NCBI GenBank assembly: GCA_965243025.1
Contig: CBDETY010000003.1
Location: forward strand, 2,464,001 to 2,528,000
Reading direction: 5' to 3'
DNA: 64,000 nucleotides
DNA from: Candidatus Latescibacterota bacterium
Lineage (GTDB): Bacteria > Latescibacterota > UBA2968 > UBA8231
Under the pieces are notes generated by a model. The model had not been told where the DNA came from. It saw only the letters and a list, made by a program, of their open reading frames with translations, and made no database searches. The position numbers and the translations under genes are program-made. Every line of letters starts with the position of its first letter. Positions within the stretch are counted from its first letter, which is position 1. Shown here one piece after another: positions 20,701 through 28,481 of the stretch.

Positions 20701-21169
20701 TGCCGGAGGGCTCATCCTCGGCCAGGACCAGGACAGGCTGGGTGGGGGGTTCGACTCCAGCCAGGTTCTCAGGGGTATTCTGGACGACCTGAGGATTTAC
20801 GGCCGGGCGTTGTCGCCCTCCGAGGTGCAGCAACTCGCGGGTGAAAGCGCCCCGGCTGCGGGCGGGCAGGATGCCGCTCTTCATCTGCCGGCCGCCAGCG
20901 GCCTGGAGCCCGGCTTTCCCAACCCCTTCAACAGCTCCACGCAGATCCCCTACCGCCTGGCCGCCCCCGGCCCGGTGCGGCTGGAGATCTACAGCGTCCT
21001 CGGCCAATTGGTTCGGACCCTGGTGGACGAAGCCCAGGCTCCCGGCTCATATCGGGCCGCCTGGGACGCCCGCGACCGTCAGGGAGCCCCGGTGGCCTCG
21101 GGGGTCTACCTGGCGCACCTGCAGTACCCCGGCGGAGTGCAGACGCGAAAGCTCCTCTACCTGGAGTAA
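17726..21169 (+). CDS. Secreted multidomain protein: N-terminal beta-sandwich, PD40/TolB repeats, two LamG/pentraxin-like domains, FlgD-Ig/T9SS type-A-like C-terminal domain
   Basis: Signal peptide, repeated 'P.WSPDG..IAF' motifs, two 'GLVAHYPLDGDARDASGNG...WHHFAVV' domains, C-terminal 'PNPFNSSTQIPY...ASGVY...TRKLLYLE'. Confidence 0.85.
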   Translation: MDLGNRLFRAVAASALFSAGAAAEEDFPGGNGGFELGNFNSWTVSGGQGWDVVEFDHPGKSGRFYASTCNEIWPGNGGCKNGNGERDTGVLTSAVFTAPGGFLEFRISGFNGPSCDNGLSHISLRRASDHEELRKQLLPCQNPFRLHRWSLEDLAGVEVYVRVEDADAAASWAVMAVDGFRLTSEPPDSLDPAAPDSAESLAGSGAEGLTFTSRPDGWQGIYAIEDGEAKQVVPHVDWKLWDPSWSPDGRTLAAVSNRFTSNLEIYLFYFGADGAPAGLRALTDHRGADNQPAWSPDGRRIAFVSDRTGEGDLYLVPATGGDPVRLTRGASVSRPSWSPDGGRIAFSQEGDIRSVDPLTGVISVLSDAPEWEGYPAWSPEGGRIAYSADGELAILDLQQGAARRITRGYSHVAYPSWSPDQAFIAFSSNREGASDIYLLELASERIARITHARDTWGHREPVWNPRTSAVSPPPVTVPPRRDSRTKVEARIIGEGAAGLILEFTRAIAGRRPDYAWSAVTDRNGYGELTISGDRRVSGFYHARARNRDGEVVGRWTSIPLNEGRRQLVELTLGGGVRVAAIQPLGPATAELPPEQTGLVAHYPLDGDARDASGNGYHGTMRGPVPARDRFGSEDGAVLFSGSDHRIDLPHQVLDGLFDVTVSFWLKTTKSGAQAILSGANQSNDNEHIVFLNNESQFRFFSHGRADPDLPDCDVDIPRINDGAWHHFAVVRNTSEGNADFFVDGVGYPDRCGHLEYGSLDIDAGGLILGQEQDRLGGRFDASQVLRGSLDDLRVYARTLSAAEVQELAGERAPAGTETEEASPEKPGLVAHYPLDGDARDASGNGYHGAMAGPVPTQDRFGKEDGAVLFSGSDHRIDLPNEVLDGLFDVTISFWLKTSKSGAQAVLSGANQSNDNEHIVFFISESRFRYYSHGRVGQDQLWCDVDVRPIDDGAWHHFAVVRNASEGNTDFFIDGAGYLDQCGYLEYEKLAIDAGGLILGQDQDRLGGGFDSSQVLRGILDDLRIYGRALSPSEVQQLAGESAPAAGGQDAALHLPAASGLEPGFPNPFNSSTQIPYRLAAPGPVRLEIYSVLGQLVRTLVDEAQAPGSYRAAWDARDRQGAPVASGVYLAHLQYPGGVQTRKLLYLE
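19501..20850 (+). repeat. Intragenic tandem duplication (period 690 bp) of the LamG/pentraxin-like domain
   Basis: GGGCTGGTTGCCCACTACCCGCTCGACGGGGATGCCCGCGACGCCAGCGGCAACGG is identical at 19514 and 20204. AACTCGCGGGTGAAAG occurs at 20142 and 20832. Confidence 0.95.
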
Positions 21170-21203
21170 GGACCCGAGGCGGCGTCCCGGGACGGGGGCG
21201 ACC

Positions 21204-23081
21204 TCAACGGAGGCGCAGGCGGGCGAGCAGGGGGTCGTGGTCGCTGGGGGCCCCGGAGAACTCGCAGTTGAGGTGGACGACCTCGAACCGCGGCCCGAGG
21301 TCGTGCAGGGCGCGGCTGACCAGCATGTGATCGAGCTCCTGGGAGTTTCCCTCGAAGATGTAGGAGTAGCGCTCGGCGGCCGGCAGGCGGTCGGCGAGAT
21401 TGAACAGGACCTGCGGTCCGCCGCCGTATGCGCCTTCCAGGATCGCCATGGGAGCGCCGAACCGGAACTCGTTGAAGTCCCCCAGCAGGAGGATCCTCGC
21501 CTCCGGGTCGGCCGCCAGCAGGCCGTCGACGTGGGCTTTGAGGAAGGCGGCCTGGGCTTCGCGCTTTTCCAGTCCCCCGATGGCGGGCGGCTGCAGCCTC
21601 CCGAACAGCGGCGACGAGCCCCCCCTGGAGGTGAAGTGGTTGTTTATAAGGACGATCCGCTCGCCATCGAACTCGAAGCTGGCCTGCAGGGGCTTGCGCG
21701 CGTTCTCGAAGGCATCCTCGCCGTCGCCGTCCTCGAGGCGCAGGGGCCGACCCGCCAGCTCCACCCTTTGGGAATTGTAGAGAAAGGCGACGCGGATGTT
21801 GCCGCCCGGCTGGCCGCCGTCCTTCCCGTCGGCCGGGGGGTTGTCGATCGCCGAATAGGCCGGCCCCCCGGCCCCGGCGATGGCCTCGGTCAGGGTCCGC
21901 AGGGTGCGCCCGGCCGCGGTGGTTCCGTCGTCGTCCGAGCCGCTGTCGTCCTGCACCTCCTGCAGGGCGAGGATGTCCGGGCTGTTCAGCCCCTCGACGA
22001 TCTGCGCGGCGAGGGCGGCGAAGCGCCCGTCCGCGACGTCGGCGTCCCCGTCCCCGTCGTTGGGATCGAGGTTGAGCAGGTTGAAGGAGGCGACCAGCAG
22101 GTGTCCGGCGTCCCTTTCCAGGGCGGTTTTCTCCGGTTCCAGTGAGCCCGAGACCGGGGTGGGCGCCGCCGCGGGCAGCACCTCGAAGTTGCCGAACCGG
22201 TAGCCGACCACCCCGGTGACGTCCCCGAGCCGGTCGCCGGTGTCGACCTCCGGCATCGACCCCGGCATCAGGCTGTCGTCGATCTGCAGGCGCTCCGGAT
22301 TGAAGTCCCCCGGGGAAAGGGTCAGGCCGCCGCGGGAGTTGATGCCGCTGGCGCCGGCTCCGAGGTCGGCGACGACGTAGATCTCGCCGAAGCGGGTGGT
22401 CGGGGCCAGGGCGCGGGCGGCGGCGATGGCAACCCGCATGCTTTCGAGGCTCTCGAGGAAGTCGATGCCGTCGGATTCCGGGTCGAAGCGGGTGAAGCGG
22501 TCGTCGTCGATGATCCCGGCAGGAGGCCGGCGGCCGGAAGCCCCGACCACGACGGGGGGCGGCAGCGGGTTCCCCGACGAGATCACCGCGACCGACGGAG
22601 ACCCGCCGATCTGGGTGACGGACAGGTTGTCGGTGCGGGCCCCGCCGGGAACGTACTCCCCGACCTTGCCGGAGACCGAGACCGCGTCCCCGGCGGCGAC
22701 CCCGGGTTTCTTCCGCGTGTAGACGAAGATGCCGTCGGAGGTGCGGTCGTCGCCGTCGCCGGCGGGGTCCTGCAGGTAGAAGCCGTTTTTCGCCACCGCT
22801 GTCACGATTCCCGAGGTCCGCACCCTGGCCCCGAGGTGCGGAGAGACGTGGCCCGCCCCCTGGACCTCCCAGATCGCAGCCCGACCTCCACGTGCCTCAG
22901 TGCGGCTGCCGGCGGCGGCCAGGACAGGGTGGGTCCGGCCGGCTGCGTCCGCGGCTCGCGCTTCCCCGGGGACGCGGCCGGTCCGGCCCTGCTCGTCCGC
23001 ATGGCCGGTTCCCCCGGGGACCGGCAGGTTCCAGCCGAGCCACGCGAATGCCAGCACCGCCCCCGCGATTCGCCCAGTCAA
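21204..23081 (-). CDS. Secreted extracellular nuclease (OB-fold plus endonuclease/exonuclease/phosphatase domain)
   Basis: 'IWEVQG.GH.SP', 'GFYLQD..GD.D..TSDGIFV', 'ASFNLLN', 'LQEVQD', 'NHFTS', 'LGDFN', 'LDHML', 'SDHDP'. N-terminal signal peptide. Confidence 0.88.
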   Translation of the reverse strand: MTGRIAGAVLAFAWLGWNLPVPGGTGHADEQGRTGRVPGEARAADAAGRTHPVLAAAGSRTEARGGRAAIWEVQGAGHVSPHLGARVRTSGIVTAVAKNGFYLQDPAGDGDDRTSDGIFVYTRKKPGVAAGDAVSVSGKVGEYVPGGARTDNLSVTQIGGSPSVAVISSGNPLPPPVVVGASGRRPPAGIIDDDRFTRFDPESDGIDFLESLESMRVAIAAARALAPTTRFGEIYVVADLGAGASGINSRGGLTLSPGDFNPERLQIDDSLMPGSMPEVDTGDRLGDVTGVVGYRFGNFEVLPAAAPTPVSGSLEPEKTALERDAGHLLVASFNLLNLDPNDGDGDADVADGRFAALAAQIVEGLNSPDILALQEVQDDSGSDDDGTTAAGRTLRTLTEAIAGAGGPAYSAIDNPPADGKDGGQPGGNIRVAFLYNSQRVELAGRPLRLEDGDGEDAFENARKPLQASFEFDGERIVLINNHFTSRGGSSPLFGRLQPPAIGGLEKREAQAAFLKAHVDGLLAADPEARILLLGDFNEFRFGAPMAILEGAYGGGPQVLFNLADRLPAAERYSYIFEGNSQELDHMLVSRALHDLGPRFEVVHLNCEFSGAPSDHDPLLARLRLR

Positions 23082-23274
23082 ATGAGCCTCCGTTTACCCA
23101 GCCGCAAAGACAGGAACCAGGTGAAGGGAACCGGGGTCCCCAAAGTGGCAGAATGGAGATCGCCCCATAGATTCTGGTCCCGTTCCAATCCCGTCTGAGG
23201 ACTCATGGGATTCATCCAGGCGGCACCCCGGAACGGACGGGAACCCCCACCCCCGGACTGACAAAGGAGAACAG

Positions 23275-25122
23275 ATGACGATTCGACTGGCGTTGCTCGC
23301 GCTCGCGGTTTCCCTCTGGTCCTGTGGAGACGACGACGCTCCCCCCGCCGCTCCGGTAGAAACGGTTCTGCGTCCGAGCGGGGAACTGATGCCCTGGGAT
23401 CTTTCCGCCGTCGTGCCGATCGACTCGGTCCGCACCCTGTCCCCGGGCACCCCCCTGTACATGCGGACCGAGTTCGCCAACGGCGAGCTCGCCGACCTCG
23501 AGATGCTCTTCGTCGAGGTGGTCGACGACTTCCTGCCGCCCATGCCCGTAATCATGGTGGAATCCTCCGATCCGGTGCTGCTCCAGCTCGGGGGCATCGC
23601 CCGGGGCATGAGCGGCTCCCCCATCTTTTCCGAGCAGGGCACCATGGGGGCCATCGCCTATGGATACACCGCCCAGGACAACCCGCCATTCTACTTCTTC
23701 GCCACCCCCATAGAATGGGTTATCGGCTCACGGGGAACATTGCCAGCGGCCAAACCCGCGGCCACGTGGGACGGAGCCCGCATCACCCCTCTGGAAATCC
23801 CCCTGGTGATCACGGGACTCAACGGTCCGCAGCTGTCAGGAGGGGGTTCGTTTCCTTTTGGTGAAGCCGTCTCCGCGGGCCTGACCCAGGAGCGCCAGGA
23901 GAGCTTCGAGGCCGGCAGGCCGCTGGCGGTCGGTCTGCTGCTGGGTGAAATCACCGGAGGCGCGGTCGGAACCATATCCTACGTCGACGGAAACCGGATA
24001 TTCGGATTCGGGCACCCCTTCGAAAGCCTCGGGCCGGTCGCGCTTCCCATTATCGAGGCAAAGGTTCTGGGTGAAATCTCCAATCTCTCTGCTCCCTTCA
24101 AGTTCGCGACCCTGAACCCGACGGTGCGGGGCGTCATCACCGAAGACCGGTTGCCCGCGATTCGCGGAGTGCTCGAGGAGGAACCGGCACTGGTTCCGAT
24201 CCGAAGCAGGTACACGTTCCCGTCCGGGAGCGAGCTCGAGTTGACCCACCATATGCCCACCGTCGGTCTCGACTCGTACACCACGCTCAGTATCGCCACC
24301 TCTGCTTCATTCAGCCCGTTGAACAACCGGGTCGACAACGACCCCGACCACAGCGTCCGTGTTTCGACGAATTTCTCCTTTGCCGGCACCGACTCGGTGC
24401 TTTCCCGCACCCGCCTGTACGCAGAGCCGGATGGAAGGCTTCACTCCCTGATCGGCACGGCTTCCGGGGACCTGTCGTTCGCCCTGACGGAGCTGATGAC
24501 GAGGAACGATTACGCCCTTCAGGTCAGCGAGGCCGAGGTTCACGTCGAAATGATCCCGGAGCCCCGCTTCGCCCAGGTCGTGGAGGTCTCGGCGGATACC
24601 GTGATCAGTCTCGGGAGCACGCTGCCGATTACCGCTTCGCTGCGGGTGGGGCGGCGCGCCGACCGGGAAGTCGGGCTGGAGCTCGCCGTACCGGATACGA
24701 TCCCCCCGGGCATCTACCTGCTCGAGGTCGCTTCCGCGGCCAACCTGGTGGACACCGGAGACGATTTCGGGTTCTTCGGACCGCCGGGATTCGGTGGAGG
24801 CGATGAGAAGCTCGAGGAGGTCTTCGCGCGCCTGAACGAGCCGGACGAGAACATCGTCCTGAAGGCGCGCCTGACGTTTTCGGCGCCGCCCCCTCCCCCG
24901 GAAATCCCCGAACCCCCGCCCGAGGGGGACGGTTCCGAGGGGGATGATCCCGGAGAAGCTCCCGGGGATGTTCCCGACCTCGGACTGGGCGACATCCCGT
25001 TTTTCGGGGGCTTCTTTCCTCCCGAAGGCCCCCCGCCGACTGTTTCCACCGAGCAGGAGGTGGGTCTGTATATCGAGGGCACCCGGAGTCTCGAGATCGA
25101 GCTGACGGTCCCGGAAGAGTAA
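23275..25122 (+). CDS. Lipoprotein with SpoIVB/peptidase S55-like domain
   Basis: Lipobox-like 'LWSC', 'GGIARGMSGSPI', 'FATPIE', 'GAVGTISYVDG..IFGFGHPF'. AAAGGAG RBS. Confidence 0.78.
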   Translation: MTIRLALLALAVSLWSCGDDDAPPAAPVETVLRPSGELMPWDLSAVVPIDSVRTLSPGTPLYMRTEFANGELADLEMLFVEVVDDFLPPMPVIMVESSDPVLLQLGGIARGMSGSPIFSEQGTMGAIAYGYTAQDNPPFYFFATPIEWVIGSRGTLPAAKPAATWDGARITPLEIPLVITGLNGPQLSGGGSFPFGEAVSAGLTQERQESFEAGRPLAVGLLLGEITGGAVGTISYVDGNRIFGFGHPFESLGPVALPIIEAKVLGEISNLSAPFKFATLNPTVRGVITEDRLPAIRGVLEEEPALVPIRSRYTFPSGSELELTHHMPTVGLDSYTTLSIATSASFSPLNNRVDNDPDHSVRVSTNFSFAGTDSVLSRTRLYAEPDGRLHSLIGTASGDLSFALTELMTRNDYALQVSEAEVHVEMIPEPRFAQVVEVSADTVISLGSTLPITASLRVGRRADREVGLELAVPDTIPPGIYLLEVASAANLVDTGDDFGFFGPPGFGGGDEKLEEVFARLNEPDENIVLKARLTFSAPPPPPEIPEPPPEGDGSEGDDPGEAPGDVPDLGLGDIPFFGGFFPPEGPPPTVSTEQEVGLYIEGTRSLEIELTVPEE

Positions 25123-25240
25123 CCCCACGAGGATACCGGGGCCGGCGGGCAGAGCGCGACACCCTCCCCCCGGCCCCGGGCCACCGGCCGGAATTCCAGT
25201 CGGAACGACGCGGCCCCTGCCCGGGCAGCCAGCCGCGATG

Positions 25241-26299
25241 TTATCGGTCGAGCCGGACCTCGCGGCCGGTTCGCGACGACTCGTACACGGAATCCTGGAT
25301 CAGCTGCAGGTTGCGGATCTCTCGCCGGGTCTGCGACGGCTCGGTTCCCTCGCGGATGGAGGTGACGAACCGGGAGACCTCCCGGTTCACGCTGTCCCCC
25401 CAGGAATGCCGCTGTTCCGGCCCGGCGTAGCCGGTGGGCGTGCGGTCGACGATCTCCCCGCCCTCGTCCATCAGCACCGACAGCGGACTGAAGCAGACGG
25501 TGCCGCGCTCGCAGATCATCTCGAAGCTGTAGTGGGCCTCCAGCCGGTCGTGGGCCCAGGTGCCTTCGAGGACGAAGGTGGCGCCGGTATCGAGGCGGAT
25601 GTGGGCGGCGGCGATGTCCTCGACGTCGTACCGGTCCCGCTCCTCCGCGTCCGGCGCGGTCTCGGCCCGCTTGTGCGGAAACAGCCGGTGGGTCGACCCG
25701 GACACGGAGACCAGGCCGGGACTTCCGGCGACCCACAGGGCCACGTCGGCGATGTGGATCGCCGTCGCTGCCAGGGCTCCGCCCGCGGAGATCTCCCTGA
25801 TGTGATGCGGGCCCCACCAGGGAATGTCCGGGTAGTAGGTCCAGGCGCGGATGTAGGTGGGCTTTCCGAGCTTCCCCGAGGCCACCAGCTCCCTGAGAAG
25901 GCCGGCTTCCAGCATGTGGCGCATGTTGGTGCCGATCTGGATCATGCGCCCGCCCCGCTCCGCGGCCGCCAGCATCCGGTCCGCCTCGGCGACGTTCATC
26001 GCGAACGGCTTCTCGCACAGGACGTGGGCCCCGGCTTCCAGCGCCGCGACCGCGATCTCGCAGTGCGTCTGCGGCATGGTTACGACGCTGACGAGGTCGA
26101 GGTCCCCCGGCTCGAGCAGCCCGCGGAAATCCGCGGCGGTGCGCGCTGCCGGGAAGAGCTGCCCGGCGGCGGCGAGCGCCTCCTCCCTGATGTCGCACAG
26201 GGCCGCGACCTCGACGGTCTCCGGCAGGCGGCCGTAGGCCTCGAGATGGCCCTTCCCCATGGTGCCGCAACCGATCACTCCGACCCGCAGCTTCTCCAT
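25241..26299 (-). CDS. Gfo/Idh/MocA family NAD(P)-dependent oxidoreductase
   Basis: 'LRVGVIGCG', 'H.EIAVAALEAGAHVLCEKP', 'GGAL...IHIAD'. Confidence 0.92.
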   Translation of the reverse strand: MEKLRVGVIGCGTMGKGHLEAYGRLPETVEVAALCDIREEALAAAGQLFPAARTAADFRGLLEPGDLDLVSVVTMPQTHCEIAVAALEAGAHVLCEKPFAMNVAEADRMLAAAERGGRMIQIGTNMRHMLEAGLLRELVASGKLGKPTYIRAWTYYPDIPWWGPHHIREISAGGALAATAIHIADVALWVAGSPGLVSVSGSTHRLFPHKRAETAPDAEERDRYDVEDIAAAHIRLDTGATFVLEGTWAHDRLEAHYSFEMICERGTVCFSPLSVLMDEGGEIVDRTPTGYAGPEQRHSWGDSVNREVSRFVTSIREGTEPSQTRREIRNLQLIQDSVYESSRTGREVRLDR

Positions 26300-26318
26300 A
26301 CCGGTTCCTTTCTCTCCG

Positions 26319-26792
26319 TTACGCCTTTTTCTTCGCGGCGGTTTTCTTCTTCGCCCCGGCCTTTCCGGCCCTGGCTTTCGGTTTCTTCGCCGGCCCGGCG
26401 ACCGACTGCAGGAACTTCACAACTTCAGCCGCTTCCTTTCCCCCCTTCCTGGCATGGGTCATCAGGGCGATCCCGTGCGGGCCTTTCTCGTCGACGACCG
26501 CGGGGTTGTCGGCCACCACCGCCTGCACGATCTCGAGCTTGCCGAGCATGGCCGCGGCGAACAGGTCGATGCGCGCCCCCTTGCCCAGCAGGAGCTCGGC
26601 GATGTCCCGGCGGCCCATGTGGGCGGCGGCTCCCAGTCCGGTCTCCCAGTCGCCGCCTCCCCAGTCCCAGGAGGAGTTGACCAGGGCCGGTTCCCGCGCA
26701 AGCAGCTTCCCGACGCTGTCGAGGTCGCCGTGGGCGTCGTTGACGAACTGGTGCACCAGGTCAGGGGAGATGGCGGTCTTCTTCGGTGACAT
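26319..26792 (-). CDS. Small ankyrin-repeat protein with Lys/Ala-rich tail
   Basis: 'AHGDLDSV..LL..EP.LVN..WDWGGGDWETGLGAAAHMGRRDIA..LL.KGARIDLFAAAMLG'; tail 'AKKPKARAGKAGAKKKTAAKKKA'. Confidence 0.85.
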   Translation of the reverse strand: MSPKKTAISPDLVHQFVNDAHGDLDSVGKLLAREPALVNSSWDWGGGDWETGLGAAAHMGRRDIAELLLGKGARIDLFAAAMLGKLEIVQAVVADNPAVVDEKGPHGIALMTHARKGGKEAAEVVKFLQSVAGPAKKPKARAGKAGAKKKTAAKKKA

Positions 26793-26912
26793 GGCTTCCC
26801 TCCTACTGTTGGCGTTGGCGGAGCAGGTCAGCTGCGGCGATGGTGGGGCGAGATCGGTCGCTGGATCGCCCTTTAACCCACCCGCCCCCGAGCAGGCGAT
26901 CCGGCGGACCGG

Positions 26913-27536
26913 TCAGCCGGATGTGCCGGCCGCCTCGAAGCTCGCCTCCACGTCGGCCCGGTACGCCTCCAGGGGCGGCGTTTCGAGGTCTTCGACCTTC
27001 GACAGGTCGTCCCAACGGCGCAGCCGCACCGCGGTGTCGAGGTGCGGATGGCGGGCGAACTCCCGCCGCTCCTCGTCCGACATCGGCCCCCCCTGCAGCT
27101 CGAGGCTCTTCTTCGATCCGGCGGACAGGCCGTCCCGGTACTCCGGCTCGACCGCGCACAGGTATCTCTTTGCAGGCACGTGCAGGCGGATCGGCTCGAC
27201 GATGGAACCGGGAAGGAGTGCCTCCATGTAGTCGGCCCCGATGACCTCGTGCTCGAGGTCGTCGTGCTGGAAGTCCGAGGTCTCGTCGTGCTCGTCGAGC
27301 AGGAAATGCCCGATGTCGTGGAGCAGGGCCGCGGTCACCACCTCCCCGGCAGAGTCTTCCCGGCGCGCCAGGCGGGCGCACTGCAGGGCGTGCTCGAGCT
27401 GGGTGACGCTGCGGTCGTAATAGATCCCCCCCTTCTGCTCCATGTAGGCGAAGAGCAGGTCGGTTTTGCGCCCTGCCGAGGGGGCCGCCCGCAGGTCTGC
27501 GCTCAGAGATCGATCGATGCGTCCCGGGTCGTTCAC
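26913..27536 (-). CDS. phnZ: HD-domain di-iron oxygenase, phosphonate C-P cleavage (PhnZ-like)
   Basis: 'VTQLEHALQCA', 'AALLHDIGH', 'HE.IGA', 'HVPAKRYL', 'LS.GS..SL.LQGG', 'LRRWDD.SK'. GTG start overlaps the upstream stop (GTGA). Confidence 0.82.
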   Translation of the reverse strand: MNDPGRIDRSLSADLRAAPSAGRKTDLLFAYMEQKGGIYYDRSVTQLEHALQCARLARREDSAGEVVTAALLHDIGHFLLDEHDETSDFQHDDLEHEVIGADYMEALLPGSIVEPIRLHVPAKRYLCAVEPEYRDGLSAGSKKSLELQGGPMSDEERREFARHPHLDTAVRLRRWDDLSKVEDLETPPLEAYRADVEASFEAAGTSG

Positions 27537-28336
27537 AGTACCGTCCTTCCTCGAAAGTGCCTGATCTTGCTGATCATCCCGGCTTCCTCGGGATTCTCCC
27601 TCATCTTCTCCATGGCGGCGAGCTTGTCCTCGTAGTAGCGCTCCCGCAGGTCCCCCGCCGACAGGGCGTTGTAGGTGACGTAGAGCAGCCGGCGCGGCTG
27701 GCCGGTGTTGTTCGGCGGGCTGTGGTGGGGGGCGTACGAGCCGAAGAACAGGATGTCCCCCGGATCGGTCGGGACCGGCACCCACTCCATCCGCGCCGCC
27801 GCCGCCTCCTCGATGCAGCCGTGCTCGTCGAGGGCGACGAAGCCGCGGCGGTGCAGCCCCGGGCTGAAGAACAGGCAGCCGTTCTCCGGGGTCGCCGGGT
27901 CGACCGATATCAGGCAGGTGACGTGGTAGTCGACGAACTCGTAGGCCGGGGCGTCCTGGTGGGCGGCGTACCCGCCCCCGCCGGGATACTTGTAGTTGAT
28001 CTTCTCCTTGTAGAGGACCGCAGGTTCCCCCATCAGCCCGGAGACCGAGTCGACGACCTTGCCCCCGGTGAGCAGGTCGTGCAGGTCCTTCTGGAACGGG
28101 ACGAAGTTCTCCGACCTCGACAGGCGCACCCCGGAACCGGTCCGCTCGAAATGATGCAGCCACTCGCCGCCGTCCGCTGGCCACTGGGACACCTCGGCGA
28201 CCGCCCTGCGCAGCACGGCGACCTCGGACGGCTCGAAGAAGCTCCTGACGCGGAGAAACCCGTTCTCCTCCCAGCTGCCTTTCATGGCGGGGGTGATGGC
28301 GGAGGCCGTTGCCTGGAATCCGTCGGATCTGGACAT
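27533..28336 (-). CDS. phnY: Fe(II)/2OG dioxygenase, PhnY-like phosphonate hydroxylase
   Basis: 'LYKEKINYKYPGGGGYAAHQD', 'ENGCL', 'PHHSPPN...RRLLYVTYN', 'YYEDK'. Coupled to the PhnZ-like gene. Confidence 0.75.
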   Translation of the reverse strand: MSRSDGFQATASAITPAMKGSWEENGFLRVRSFFEPSEVAVLRRAVAEVSQWPADGGEWLHHFERTGSGVRLSRSENFVPFQKDLHDLLTGGKVVDSVSGLMGEPAVLYKEKINYKYPGGGGYAAHQDAPAYEFVDYHVTCLISVDPATPENGCLFFSPGLHRRGFVALDEHGCIEEAAAARMEWVPVPTDPGDILFFGSYAPHHSPPNNTGQPRRLLYVTYNALSAGDLRERYYEDKLAAMEKMRENPEEAGMISKIRHFRGRTVL

Positions 28337-28481
28337 ACCGCAATAATATGCTTTGGCTGTTGTGCGCTCTTCCGGCAGGTGGTGAACCTCGCCCCGCGGG
28401 GGAGTCCGGGCAAGTGGCTCGCGGTCTCCTGCCCTGCCGGCCGGGAAAGGCCCGGCCCCTGGAAGTACCGGACACCTCCCC

